A stretch of 64,000 nt of DNA from Octopus sinensis (Eukaryota): positions 31,766 to 95,765 of the forward strand of contig NW_021832850.1 in assembly GCF_006345805.1 (NCBI RefSeq), read 5' to 3'. Made by a program: the position numbers and the translations under genes. This document shows, piece after piece, positions 37,743 through 51,473 of this stretch (positions are counted from its first letter, which is position 1; each line of letters begins with the position of its first letter). Below the pieces are notes generated by a model. It ran no database searches and had not been told where the DNA came from. It saw only the letters and a program-made list of their open reading frames with translations.

Positions 37743-39249
37743 GTAAGTTACAAATAGCAGGGTTGCTGAACATTACATTCTTATATATTCTGTTTAAATT
37801 ACAATTTCATTAAAAGTTGGTTGTCTGAAGATACTGCTAAAAAGTACTATTGTTTAAAGCGTAATTTTTATTCCCGACATTTTTTAATTCTGTTTGACTA
37901 ACGTGCAGAGATATGAAGGTATTAATTCATATGAAAAACAAATAGTTTGCACTACAGATTCCTTTAATATAAGAAAGTTTGAGATATGCAGAACAATAAT
38001 AATCCTGTTTCCGTAAAACAACAGTTTAAATCCTATAAACGAAAATATGTTACACTATTATTGTATACTGACAAATAACATTTATCACATTCTTGAAATA
38101 CACACACATGCACACGACATCACATACACCCATATATACATGACTCATACAAACACACATATACGCAATTTCCACCTCTATTTCCCGCTAGACTCCGATT
38201 CCGAAAACCCCATACACCATGAAACTTCCCCATTTCTCATCTAAGGTCGCATTATACTGTTGCTTTTCACACCCTTTATTATATTCTATCACTTATATTC
38301 TCCTCCACCTCTTCACTCATCCTCTCCTAATCCCTTCACTCCCTCCCACAAAACTGAGATTCATGATTTTTTATTACCCACAAGGGGCCAACAAAGAAGG
38401 GACAATACAAATCGGGGAACTTTAAAATAACAAAAGTGGATTAAAATAAGACGAAGAAAAATTACAATGAGGTGCAATGTCCACTCGATCACCGAAATCG
38501 AGTGGTCCCAAAACTGAGATTCAGCCTTAACGATACTTGCACGTGTTCCACATTCACCGGATTCCTCTCTGTCCCCATCACTAACCATTTCCCATTCTCT
38601 TTTCACAGAATTGCTAACTTATCACTGCTTGCCCACACTTTCTGATTTTCTTTCTCTGTTCTCACTTATATTTCCTTTGTCTCTTGAGGGTAACCCCTAA
38701 CACCTCATCACCGTAATGTATTTCTTACCTTTCATAAAGGGTAGTGCTATATCTCCTCTACATCAAGACACTTGTTCCTGTACGTTATTATACTTTAACG
38801 CCTGTACACCTGACAGAAACCACATCCCTCAATACTGTGTCCCCACTCAATCGAGGGAGTATTCCCTTGGAAATTTGCTCCTGACCTAACTAGCGCTACT
38901 ATCACCGAGAAAGAAAGCCCCAGCCCACTGCAAACTGCTTGGCGTTGAGCAGAGCAACCAATCGTAGAAATCATACCAAAGCAGGGACTGGAGCTCGATG
39001 CATTTTGCTGTCTTGCCACATTCTGTCAAAACGTTAAACCAGGTGAGCAAAGAAGTTGGACGTTAAACGATGATGACAATGATGATGTTACACTCAACAA
39101 ACACATACATACGTTCGTACACAAATGCATATATTCACACACACAAACCCACACACACACAAACCCACACACACACAAACCCACACACACACAAACATAA
39201 ACACGCATATATATACATACACACACACACACAAACATACACACACATA

Positions 39250-39500
39250 CACGTTTGATCTTTGACTTCTGGCTGGAATCAGATCGCCATATTTATTCGC
39301 TAGATTCTGCACGCATTTTTTTTCTCTCCTTGTTTCTCTCCGTGTTTCTGTTCTGTGTATCTTTCTGTTGAAGAGCGTAGGCTCGAAACGTAAAAAACTT
39401 GTTTTATTTATATTCCTGAGCGCCATACTATAACATTGTTGGTTTGTATTCCACCTGCCTTCGTCTTTTGTTATTTCATAAAGCTTCCCGTTACACATAT
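39250..39500 (+). mobile_element. Short PLE pLTR-type element with hammerhead motif (same family as 27230-27480)
   Basis: High similarity to 27230-27480; ends in (TA)n. Confidence 0.8.
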
Positions 39501-39521
39501 ATATACATACATATAATATAT

Positions 39522-39612
<91 letters not shown>

Positions 39613-39949
39613 TATATACTAAATATTATCTATATATATGTGTGTGTATGTAGTCAACTTTAGGATGTATTATCTTTCAAGGGATTAATGTATCCAAAAT
39701 TTCACTGGTTTAATCGCCAACACATTCAAGGAAAGTCTCCCCAAATATGTATGGGATTGTTATAAGTATTATCTAATTAAAGCTGGGAAACGGAGAGTGG
39801 TGGTAAGGGTTGTAAATTGATTCATTTAGATAATTCCAAGATAAAATCTGAATACAATAAATTTTAGAAAAGCTTGCGTGTACGTTTCGATTCAGCCTAT
39901 AAATAATTGCATAATTTCAAGAATTCCAATGATGAGAATTAAGTATCAT

Positions 39950-40660
39950 TTTGAATAATAAGGGTAGAATCTCTTCAGGATTGTGGGTTTTTTTTCTTTA
40001 TAAAAGGGTGGTTACATGCTTATGAAGGGATTAGATTAATATACTAAGGACATATATATCTTGTATAGAGGGTGTGTATGTATAGATTAGAATATCATAC
40101 AAATAAAGAAATGATATAAAAATAGAATAAAATTATCATGGGAACATAAAGTAGTGTCTCCAGAAGAAACTTTTGTCCTATTACAGATACTTTGTCAAGC
40201 GGTGAGGAAGTCATCTTATAATGATCCAACCAGGATTTAATAACCTGTTCGTATTTCGCGAGAGACGTTTGAATAAAGGACTCAGAACATTGAAAGATTC
40301 TATCAGTGATTTTCATCGACTGTTTTCGGAAGATGCTTAGTATCTGCTATGAAACTTCTGGTATACTTGAGAATAACCCAAGAACGATTTCTATTAGTTA
40401 TTCCCATGCTGGACCAGCTATTATTGTCTTAATTTCAATCATCTGGTAAGGAGATATTGATGTATATGTCAGTAGATCCTTAGCATGCTTTAGTTATTAT
40501 TTTCAGTGTGTGGACTTTTGTATGCTATATAAGAGTCTAGTATTCATCTAAAATTGGTAATATAGTCATATTCTTTTTCTGTAAGACCTTCTCAGTATAA
40601 AGTTATTAATCTTACAAAGTCTTATATTTTGTTGATAGAGTTTTGGACCGTTTCATAGCA
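39950..40660 (-). mobile_element. Highly decayed Penelope RT remnant
   Basis: Frameshifted SFNV..LYSNV...IKSWLDHY on the minus strand. Confidence 0.45.
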
Positions 40661-41373
40661 TGTAACTCATGTAATATGGATACACACGCACACACACAGT
40701 AAAGTATTCCCTGTTAAAGAACTTTCTGTTTTTCTCACCCACCTTTCTTTCTTTTATACTTTTCTCTCTTTCATGACCCGATGACCCGGAAGTTACTGCT
40801 CTTCCATTACTTTCGCAAGAGCAGTAAGTAATTTTCTTTCAGCTGAAGACAACTTTAACACGACAACTTTTATCACGAAATAACTTTAAAATACAAAATT
40901 TTGTTAAGAACGTTAAGAGTAAATTGCGTTCTACGTGTCACATTCAACCAGTATCCGAAGTTTCAAACTGTTTAGTTACAAAAAAAATAATAATTAATTA
41001 AGAAATCTATGAATGAGACCCCCCAAATCGTACTGCGTTCGCTTACACAGCCAGTTACGCCAAACCCACACTGCCTTCGCTTATAAAACCAGAGAGGAGT
41101 GTTCTAATCCACGTCGTGCGAACTAGAAGTTGTAATTTTCCCCATTCGTAACAATATCTATATATTCTCACACAAACATAAACACACTCACTCACACAAG
41201 TGTATCATGTCTCGTTTCTCTGTTTGTTTATTTCATTGTTCGAAAAAAAGTTCGTTTTCTATGTTTTTGTTTTCGTTTCACATTGTGTTCACACGTTTGT
41301 GATGTCCTGTACCCATATATGCATGTATATAACACATATATATGAAGGTATGTACATATATGTATGTAATATT

Positions 41374-41412
<39 letters not shown>

Positions 41413-42030
41413 ACATACATACATACATACATACAACATACATACATATATACATATATATAAATATATATATATATATATCATATATTATATATATATT
41501 ATATTATATATATATATATTAGATATATATATAATATATATATATAGGATGAAGTCCCTTACAGAAAAGGATTCCATCATAAAGCGTGGCAGTATATTAA
41601 AAAACCTTTACGGTTGAATATCACACATCTTATAATTAAGGGCTAAAGAAGGTTATTCTAAAGCCAAACACTGATTTATCCACTTTTAATGCACTTGTTA
41701 CAGTAAAATTGAACTGAAAGCGGGCAACTACCTTTAGAAAATTTAAATTTCGCTATCTCTATATTGAATCAATTTCGGAAAATAATCCTATAACGGATAC
41801 ATTCTTCGTCAGTAGAGCTTACGAGGGAATATAAATAAAATACTCACATGCGATTATGGAAAAAGCAGAAGCTAAAAACATAACTACATTAAGTAATCAT
41901 TTATATCTAAAAAAAAAATTCCTTGGTCAGTTCAGAACAACATGTTGACCTTTCGCCGCTACATATTGTAATGGGTTACCGGTCACCTTGTAACAAGCAG
42001 TGAGTTTACTACTAACAATATAGGTTTATA

Positions 42031-43556
42031 TCTATATTATAAAACTCTAGTTGTGTGAGTGTCTGTCCCCTTCGATTTAGATTCCTAACTCCTCCCACAT
42101 TTTGCGGTGCAGTTAACCAAATTCGGGTATCTTATAGTCGTGATTCATATCGAGCCGTCTGACTATTAGCGCGCGTCAACGATGAGTCTACGATTTAAAA
42201 ATAATTTAACATCATTTTTTATTCCATTTTAATGCATAAAAATGCATCGTATGTCGATGGCGGCGAGTTGTGGCGTCCACGCTCACAGCTGCACCTGTTT
42301 GCTTCTGCCCCTTCTTCCCTCTCTCGTGAAGCTGTGGGGAGGGAGTGTAAGGAAATCAACGTCGTATGCGTTGTGAAGGAAACAAGCGTTCTTTTAGAAC
42401 AACGACTTCATGGCTTGAAGACACCAAAACAAAAATGGCTAAGAAGCCCGAATTATAAGGGAAGTAACTCTCTAAAAATGCTTATATAGTTATTTCCCTA
42501 CAAACCCGAGCAACGCCGGGCGATACTGCTAGTCTATATATATAAAACTGTAGTTGTGTGAGTGTGCTGTCTCCTTCAATTTAGATTCTAACTACTCCCA
42601 CATTTTGCGGAGCAGTTAACCAAATTCGGGGATCTTATAGTCGTGATTCATATCGAGCCCGTCTGGGTATTAGCGCGCGGTCTACGATGGTCTACGATTT
42701 TAAAAATAATTTAACATCATTTTTATTCCATTTTAATGCATAATTTTTCGTGTGTCGATGGCGGCGGAGTTGGCGTCCATGGTCACACCTGCACCTGTTT
42801 GCTTCTCCCCTTCTTCCCTCCCTCGTGAAGCTGTGGGGAAGGGAGTGTAAGGAAATCAACGTCGTAAAGCGTGTGTCAAGGAGACCAGCGTTCGTTAGAA
42901 CAATGACTTCATGGCTTGAAGACACCAAAACAGAAATGGCTAAGAAAGCCCGAATTGGCATCTATAAGGGAAGTAACTCTCTAAAAATGCTTATATAGTT
43001 ATTTCCCTTACAAACCGAGCAACGCCGGGCGATACTGCTAGTATATATATAAAACTGTAGTTGTGTGAGTGTCTGTCTCCTTCAATTTAGATTCCTAACT
43101 ACTCCCACATTTTGCGGTGCAGTTTAACCAAATTCGGGTATCTTATAGTCGTGATTCATATCGAGCCCGTCTGGGTATTAGCGCGCGTCTACAATGAGTC
43201 TACGATTTTAAAATAATTTAAACATCATTTTTTTCCATTTTAACGCATATTTTTCGTGTGTCGATGGCGGCGGAGTTGGCGTCCATGGTCACATCTGCAG
43301 CTGTGTTGCTTCTCCCCCTTCTTCCCTCCCTCGTGAAGCTGTGGGAAGGGAGTGTAAGGAAATCAACGTCGTAAAGCATTGTCAAGGAGACCAGCGTTCT
43401 TTAGAAAACGACTTTATGGCTTGAAGACACCAAATTACCATCATTTTTTATTCCATTTTTAATGCATTTTTTGCTATTTTTTGGCTATAACTCACTAAAA
43501 ATGCTTATATAGTTATTCCCCTACAAACCCGAGCAAACGCTGGGCGATACTGCTAG
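42031..43556 (+). mobile_element. Head-to-tail trimer of the non-autonomous Helitron (42031-42532, 42533-43041, 43042-43556)
   Basis: A|TC start, each unit ends with hairpin+CTAG, CTAG|TC junction at 42532/42533. Confidence 0.92.
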
Positions 43557-44192
43557 TATATATATATATATATTTATTCATTTCATTTTTCAAAATCTGG
43601 CACATGGGCAACTATTTCGTGGGAAGTTGATCAACTGATAGTTAGTTTAATGACCCCAAATGGATGAAAAGTAAAATGGAAATTGAACTCAGAAACGGAT
43701 GAAATACCGTTAAGCCCTTCGTGCGCGACGTTCTAACGATTCCACTACCTCACCGTTTTAGGAGACGAAATGCTGTTAGGCATTTTGTTCGACGTGATAA
43801 CGTTTCTCCCAGCTCAGCGCCTTCCTTATTCAGAGTATTAGATCTCACAATCTCACCACATGTTTCACTATAACGTAGTGATGGAGGGATTGTTTTGTAT
43901 TTTCTTTCACAATGTAAATATAAACTGAATAGAGGCTGTTCCTTCGAGTATGTACACCAGGACTAATACAGCTGCATCTTCGGAAAATAAAAGAACATTT
44001 TTACAATATTTGTAATCTCTTTCTATAATCAGTTTCTTAGTGTTAATATTTGTTGTAATTCAAATGTAAAAAATCTCTTTTGTTTCTAAAATATACCATT
44101 ACTTATCTGAACACTTGTTCACGTTTGTTGCTATTCGCATTCATTTTCCGATTTTTCAGTTTAATAATCTAAACTTATTTCTTTATATACAG

Positions 44193-44342
44193 GAAAATAT
44201 CATGAATTCATAAAGAACGAGTCGAAGACGCATTCCTATTTATTTTCCTCTGATAACAAACATGCAGTGAAACCCCTAATAATAATACCATTCAGAAACA
44301 CATACAGATTTAGTACTGTAGAAATTTACAGTAATTTTACAG
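44193..44342 (+). CDS. Host gene exon 4: first half of a degenerate F-type-lectin/F5-8C-like domain
   Basis: tatacag acceptor, GTGAGA donor, 150 nt, phase 1-1; PLIIIPFRNTYRFSTVEIY aligns by eye with PYWQVMFDKPYTIYQLRIY of exon 7. Confidence 0.75.
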
Positions 44343-45418
44343 GTGAGAAACAACATTTCATATTCTATTATATTGTCGATAATGATTGTTGTAGTTATAT
44401 TTTTCATGACAATAAATCGAAATTAATTCGTTTTAAATACACAGTATTCAGATATTATCAATTGAATGACAAAATAATATTATTTTATGAAAGTATCAAA
44501 ATATTGGTTTACGTTGATTGAGCAGGTTTTTTAATGCTTATTAGAAAATTTATAACGATCATTCTTAGTGAGCAGAATCTCTGAAATTATTGGCAACGTT
44601 TTATATACGTAGATTCTTACAAGTTTTTGTAAAATCCAAACTGGAATTAGTGCAGGGTGGTTCTTATTTCATCGACTCCCGAAGAATTAGAAGCGAAGTC
44701 GGGCTCGACGGATTTTAAGAGGAAAGCGCCGGAATAAATGCTAGCTCGCCACCTAAAATAATGTTAATAGTGCAAGTATTTCAGTGCAAAGGTACACCTT
44801 TCCTTACCATTTGCTCTCTCTTTCTCTTCTCTTCCTTTCATCAATATATTTATCAATTTCACGAATGTCGGCTGATTTCAGAGCACGTCTAAGAAAAATA
44901 GTCGGTGGTATTTAATAGTTTTCTCTATGCAGACATAAAAAGCCCAAAATATTTAGCAGAAAGGACACTGCAAGGGTCATACTAACTCAAGTGCATTGAT
45001 AATGTAAGAAAAATGAGATCACTGCAAATTAGTATCGAAATGTAGTCATGGATCTGGCTGACAGGGTGCTAAATATACCATATATACTCAATTTCCAGTT
45101 GATGATGAAGATGGTGATTTGCAGTTTTTAAAGGAGCAGTTAAGGGCTGTGAAGTAGATCTCATGATATATACACAAATATGCAGACATATATATAAATA
45201 TGTGTATGTGTATGTATGGCTATTGAGTTGATTTGACTCTTATTTCTAGCAATACTGGTACTGAGTATTGACCCTGTTCACTTTAGTGACGTATAAATAC
45301 ACACATTCACGCATACACACACATACACACACTTGTTTTATTTATGTTTACTTAAGCCTGACATTTACTGACATAAATTTTCTATTTTTATGTATATTGT
45401 ATATTCTGTTCTCTCTAG

Positions 45419-45562
45419 ATTCAACAATGAACGTTACCTATCCATATAATATGGAATGCAAACTAAAACCAAACGCAAATAAAACAATTTGTACCGGTGA
45501 CGTAAAGGCTAACCAATTGTATATTTATGGGAAAGCTGGAGTTTATCGTATTAAGTTATTTG
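45419..45562 (+). CDS. Host gene exon 5: second half of the degenerate lectin-like domain (DSTMNVTYPYNMECKLKPNANKTICTGDVKANQLYIYGKAGVYRIKLF)
   Basis: ctctctag acceptor, GTATGT donor, 144 nt, phase 1-1; two Cys and a terminal strand IKLF-G|C resembling the EVEVxG|C end of FTP domains. Confidence 0.8.
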
Positions 45563-46929
45563 GTATGTTGATTTCTCACATTAAGAGCGATTTCCAATTG
45601 TTTATTCAAATGTATTTGTGGTATTTCATAACATGCATAATCAGTGACACCAAAACCTATTATCAAGCGACAATTTATCACACATCTTATCATCAACACA
45701 ATTTTTTTATTGAAAAAACTTTAAGAAAACTTATTGGGAGGGTCATTGCCCCAGTAAACATACGCACTGGTTCAAAATAACATTTTCGTTGTTAGTCAAA
45801 CGGTTCAATATCTAACAACCTAACTTACCGATCGCTTGTTTTATGTGTTCGTTAAACAATCGTTTGCTTGTGTGTCAAGGTGATTTCGTTGCTATTCTTG
45901 ACCTCATCAATGACATTTCCTTTGTTTTAAATTTCTCCCTTGAGTCTGTCTGAGAATTATTCCTACGCCTGTGTTTAGGTATGCTTGTATCAGTGCATGT
46001 AGATGAGGAGTAGCTTATAAGAGAGGGGGGGGAGAATAAACGAAGTGTGTGTTTGTGTGTATCTGTGTGGTTGTGTATATATACACATATGTCTGCCTGT
46101 ATTTGTAATTTTGTGTTCGTGAGTATGAGTGCATTGTAAGTAACCACACATCTACATACACACGAACTATCATACACGCTCAGAGGCATAAGAATAATTC
46201 TCAGACTGACTCAAGGCAGACCATTAAAAGAGAAGGCATGTTATTGAATTAATTTATGAAAAAGTAAAATAATTGTATCTTTTGTGCGGTTTGAAATAAT
46301 TTTCAACTCAAGATAAAGATTTTATATATAAAAATATAAATAAAAAAATAATAAAAGTATGTATTAATTGTTATACAAAATAAGTTCGAAAGATGACAGA
46401 TATTTCTGCTTCAGTCATTGGACTGCAGCCATGCTGGGCTACTGTATTGAAAAGTTTTATTTGGTCGAATGAATCGACCTCATTACTTATTATGCAAATA
46501 TAAACCAACACTAGTCATCAAGATATTGTGGGAGACCAACACACATACACACACACATATGTTACACACGAAAATCTCCTATCAGTTTCCGTTTGCTAAA
46601 TCCACCACAACACTTTGGTCGGCCTGGGGTTATAGCAGAAGACATTTATCCAAGGTGCCACGCAATAGGACTTGAACCCAGACAAATCTGATAGTGAAGC
46701 AAACTTTTTATCCCACAGCCTCGCTTGCGTCTATATCATTTTATCTACATAAAAACTTTAAGTATAATAACTTTCGGTAGAAATTGTGTTACAGACTGCA
46801 AAAGTTTTCCCTATAAAAATATAAATTTCAAATAAAGACATAATTTGCATTTGAAAATATAACTCAAATTATTTAACAAATCTTGTTCGAGAGAGAGGGG
46901 GGCAGAAAGAGAGAGAGAGATGGAAGTTC

Positions 46930-47330
46930 TGGTGGTTAGGGTGTTGCATCATGATTGTAAAATCGGTATTTCAATTCTCGGACCAGTGATGCGTAAGTTC
47001 TAGAGTAAATTTCTTCTGTGACGTTACCCCAGTTCACTCAGCTGTAAATGGATAGACCTTCGGCAAACTGGTGTTCTGTTCAGGGGATGTTGGGATGCCA
47101 GCCCAGCCAACCTGAGGCGGCATTATTCAAACGCTATGATAACGTGAGCAAGTGTAACAACATCCGATTGTCTGGTCGGTACAGTGGTAACTTGTATAGG
47201 ATATCATTCATAATTTGGGTTTGGTTGTTCCTTTGAAAATACTATCGAAAAAGTAATAGTGCAATTCTTTACACAGTCGGGTTGTCGGTGATTAAACTGA
47301 TAATCCCACCAAGCTTGTTTGGTGAGGAAG
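46930..47330 (+). mobile_element. Old tRNA-derived SINE
   Basis: gtggttagggtgttg...ttcaattctcggacc head, ccagttcactcagctgtaaatgg body. Confidence 0.5.
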
Positions 47331-48920
47331 AGGACGCTGGATATCTTACATAGTGAAAAACAAGACTTGTTAATGGACAGCTGAATTCAGTGTTGTTAAT
47401 GGACATCGGTAATGCGTATATCTGCACACATTAAATGTATGTGTATGTTTAGTGGCTTGTTTTCAGTTCATTCAGATGAAGTATGATAGGATTATATAGC
47501 CTTCATTTCGACAGCTTCATTGCTGGCAGTGGCTGGCCAAGGAGGAGCAACTGATACAAATGGAAACATAATTTCATCTTGGGATGGAAACCACAATGCA
47601 GGGCAAACATCTTGAATAATTTTTTAGGATATTAATGCGAAGTTTGGAGATCCCTTCAGCCACTTTAATAATTCCCTTCTTAAGCACACAAACTCCGTTG
47701 TTTTGACTTAATCTTGTCAGTGGGCACATTTCGTGATATGGTGACTCAGTTGAGGGTTTTTTTTCCATACCTCACCAACTATGAAATACAGTCGGGATCG
47801 TAGTTTCAGATGTAGGAAGATGCAGCGTAGGTTGCTTTTTTTTTCACCCAAACACTACGTGTCGAAATGTTGTATAGCCAGTCCTGTTTCTTATTAATTC
47901 TTTATGGCTGAAATTACTTGCATCCGTAGATGGCACCATTGCATTGCAGTGGTGGGAGAGTCACATATTTGCACCAAGGAAATGCTGTCACTTCCAGAGT
48001 TCCAGAATCACAGAATGTGTAATAACTGGAGGAAGCTGCTGTGATCCTATGTACGGTTTCGTCCTTTGTCGAGGTGTCGTGCAGTTAAAATCATTCTCTC
48101 CATTGACCTCAGATTAACAAACGTAATTTTAGGAATCTTCTATTTTCTTTATTTCTTTTTTTATGTTCTTTAATTGTTCATTATGCTTACTGCTCGGTCA
48201 TCGTCAAATTTTATAGAGAGGCCATCAATGAATCAGTCAATCAATCAATCATTCAATGAGATATCAATGAGTCTATTTATATTCTAAAGACAAATACATG
48301 CGTGTGTTTTTATTGCTCTTTACGTATGTGGATGGATTTAGATTATTTTACAAGAGGAAAAGATGTTTGGATGTATTTTTCGCTCATTTCGGATAGCGTT
48401 AGATAGAGAAACGATATTTTGATACAGAGACAGAAACAATGATAATGCAATCGCAGTACAAGCTTTACTGTACAGACATGTTTAGGTGTAAACTAAGACT
48501 AGGCTAGAGGAAGCATTATTCGGTATTTGTTGCTAGGTCGATTAGGGAAACGGACAAGAGAAATATGACGGAACATTAATGTCGAAAGAGAGATAAGAAT
48601 CTAGTAAATTTTAGATTTATTTTACAAGATGTGGCCCAGAACTTTAATGACCATTGCATTGATTTACATGTTTAGAACTCACGGAGAGTAAATAATCTTA
48701 TAATAACTCCAATAAAATCTGTGCTCTCTGAGACAATAGCTTTTGAGTTAGAAACGGTTTGCCAATGGATATAGTATCCTGTGCTTCGAAGTTTTCAGGA
48801 TGTAATAATTTAGAGGCGGAACATCATTGGAAAAACATTCTGAAAGTAAAGAATCATTTGGACCAACGCTACGGTCACGAACACTTACCCAAAATATGCT
48901 TAGATAATATATTGCGATTT

Positions 48921-49091
48921 GTTTATTTACCATCTCAATATGGCTAACCACTAAGGGTGGATGTTACTGTAGCTTGTAGCCCCAGGAGACCAACTCCTCC
49001 AGGTTGCTATAGACACACTTTCTGTGCCCTATCGGTATTTACAATGGGAGATCAGCCCTAGTGGTTAGCCATATTGAGATGGCAAATAAAC
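48921..49091. repeat. 171-bp MITE-like element with ~38-bp inverted termini
   Basis: gtttattt(a/g)ccatctcaatatggctaaccacta..gg at both ends in inverted orientation. Confidence 0.7.
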
Positions 49092-49141
<50 letters not shown>

Positions 49142-49369
49142 ATATATATATATTTCTACGCACATGTGTAAGTAGACACACAACAGAAGTCACTCCTACT
49201 ATAAATTCTTCCTATGACCGTAATCGATACTATGCCCAACCACACACATAGATAAACAGCAACAACCACATACACACACAACACGTGCCATCATTACAAA
49301 AACACATGCACACACACGCACACAGAGATCTGAGCGCACGCACGTACACACACATACCTTCTTCTCTTG

Positions 49370-49607
49370 CACTTTTTCTTCACCCATTCCCTCCCTGTCA
49401 GTTCAATATGTGACCGCGTGTGTATCGTTGGCGATTCTCTTTCTCCGTTTTCCCTTCCTTGGACCTTTCCTTTTTCTATGTTTCTGACGAAGTGCTCCGC
49501 GCGAAACGTTAAATCCTCCTTACTTCTTTACTTTCCTGGGCGTCCAATAACACTACACCTGTTCCACATCCTCACGTTGTTGTGTTTTCTCTTTGTTCAT
49601 GTTGGAG

Positions 49608-49612
<5 letters not shown>
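49370..49612 (+). mobile_element. Short PLE pLTR-type element with canonical-core hammerhead
   Basis: Same layout as the family above (pyrimidine tract, hammerhead, ttcctgggcg, (TA)n). Confidence 0.7.
49480..49514 (+). ncRNA. Type-I minimal hammerhead motif, canonical core
   Basis: GUUU-CUGACGA-A-GUGC-UCC-GCGC-GAAA-CGU-U-AAAU. Confidence 0.75.
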
Positions 49613-49649
<37 letters not shown>

Positions 49650-49805
49650 ACGGTTGTGTGTAATTGTGTATAGAAGAATATATTAATAAAAGGAATTCCA
49701 ACCTTGTCTGATTTTCACGTTTTATTTACAATCTTATAATGATATAATATAAGATAAAATAATAGAATAAAATAAAATAGTAGAATGTTAAATGTTCATT
49801 CTGAT

Positions 49806-49850
49806 TGAACTAGTACTTTCATGCATTAAATTCTGCAATCTTCAGGTTCA
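49806..49850 (-). ncRNA. Type-I minimal hammerhead motif (identical copy in the inverted pLTR)
   Basis: Reverse complement of 51429-51473. Confidence 0.8.
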
Positions 49851-51428
49851 TGTAGTAGTGGTGACAGTCATGCTTCACAATTTTTGACTGTAGCGAGATG
49901 GTTAAATCTGTGCCTTAAATACACCTGTGCGGGCTCCAGATAGCTAGGTTTTGTAAACTGTATTCTGACCAATCAGTATGTAGCATCACTCAATTACTTA
50001 AGCTGATTGGTTGGTTTAGGCATCACGCTTTGTTGAACATGTCAAGAGTCATGTATCTTAACCCTGGCCGAGGCAGCAATTGTTGGGCTATTTTTAGAAA
50101 TGTTGTAAATAGCCTTTGTCAGGGATTTTTATATTTCAATTGTCATCATCATCATTGTCAGCACCTTAATTATCCCACACTGCCTAGCCAGAAGAATTTG
50201 TACCATTGTAGAAGCTGCAAATATCAGGAACAAACGTCTAACAGAACTAAGAGAATTTTTGCTAAAACAAAAATACCCATCTCTACTTATAGAAAATGGC
50301 ATACAGCGGGCTATAAAAATACCCATACAACAACTTAGGACAACCCAAGGAAGAGGAAAACAAGAACAAGTCATACCATTCATAGTGACACACCACCATG
50401 TCACCAGAATATCTTCACATTGCCAAAGCAAACCTACCAATCATTGCTCAAAGTAATGCATTAAAAGATATAATCATGGATCGAGCTATGGTTCTTAGTA
50501 AAAGACAGCCTAAAAACTTGAAAAATTACTAACAGAGGCAACATTTGACCTTAGCAACAAAGACCAAACATTCACTGTATCTAAATGCAATGATAGCCGA
50601 TGTGGCACATGCCAATTCATACATACCGGCCAAAATATAAACACAAAAACCGGGGAAATATTCACAAACGCGAATATGAACTGCAAAAGCAGAAATTTAA
50701 TTTACTGCATCAAATGCCCAAATTGTGAAGGAATATATGTAGGGCAGACGGGAAATGAACTATCAGAACGCTCATGTGTACACCGACAACAGATTAGAGA
50801 CCCAGAGGTCCGTCAGATACCTTTGAGTAACCACCTAGCAACATGTGGTCGGAAAATATATATAATGTCTCCATTCTACAAATTACACAGCCCAAGTGAA
50901 ATCGAAAGGAAAATCAGAGAAAAGAATTTTATTGATAAATTCGAACCCAAGCTAAATAATAAAGTATAATATTACTTCTACTACTACGACCATGACCACT
51001 AACAACAACAACAACAATACTAAAGGTAATCAAGATGAAGATAGCAGGAAAATTATCTTATTTAGGGTTAAAAGTACTATTGCCACCACCATTACCACTA
51101 GCAACAATAATTAAGGTGCTGACAATGATGATGATGACAACTGAAATATAAAAATCCCTGACAAAGGCTATTTACAACATTTCTAAAAATAGTCCAACAA
51201 TTGCAGCCTTGGCCAGGGTTAAGATACAGGACTCTTGACATGTTCAACAAAGCGTGACGCCTAAACCAACCAATCAGCTTAAGTAATTGAGTGGTGCTAC
51301 ACACTGATTGGTCAGAATACGGTTTGCAAAACCTAGCAATCTGGAGCCCACACAGGTGTATTTAAGGCACATTTTAACCATCTCGCTACAGTCAAAAATT
51401 GTGAAGCATGACTGTCACCACTACTACA

Positions 51429-51473
51429 TGAACCTGAAGATTGCAGAATTTAATGCATGAAAGTACTAGTTCA
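51429..51473 (+). ncRNA. Type-I minimal hammerhead ribozyme motif
   Basis: Stem I UGAAC/GUUCA, CUGAAGA core, stem II UGCA-GAAUUUAA-UGCA, GAAA, palindromic AGUACU stem III, CUA cleavage triplet. Confidence 0.8.

Noticed and set aside
40793-40827. 11-bp perfect hairpin
   Set aside because: Isolated, with no ribozyme core or element context that I could identify
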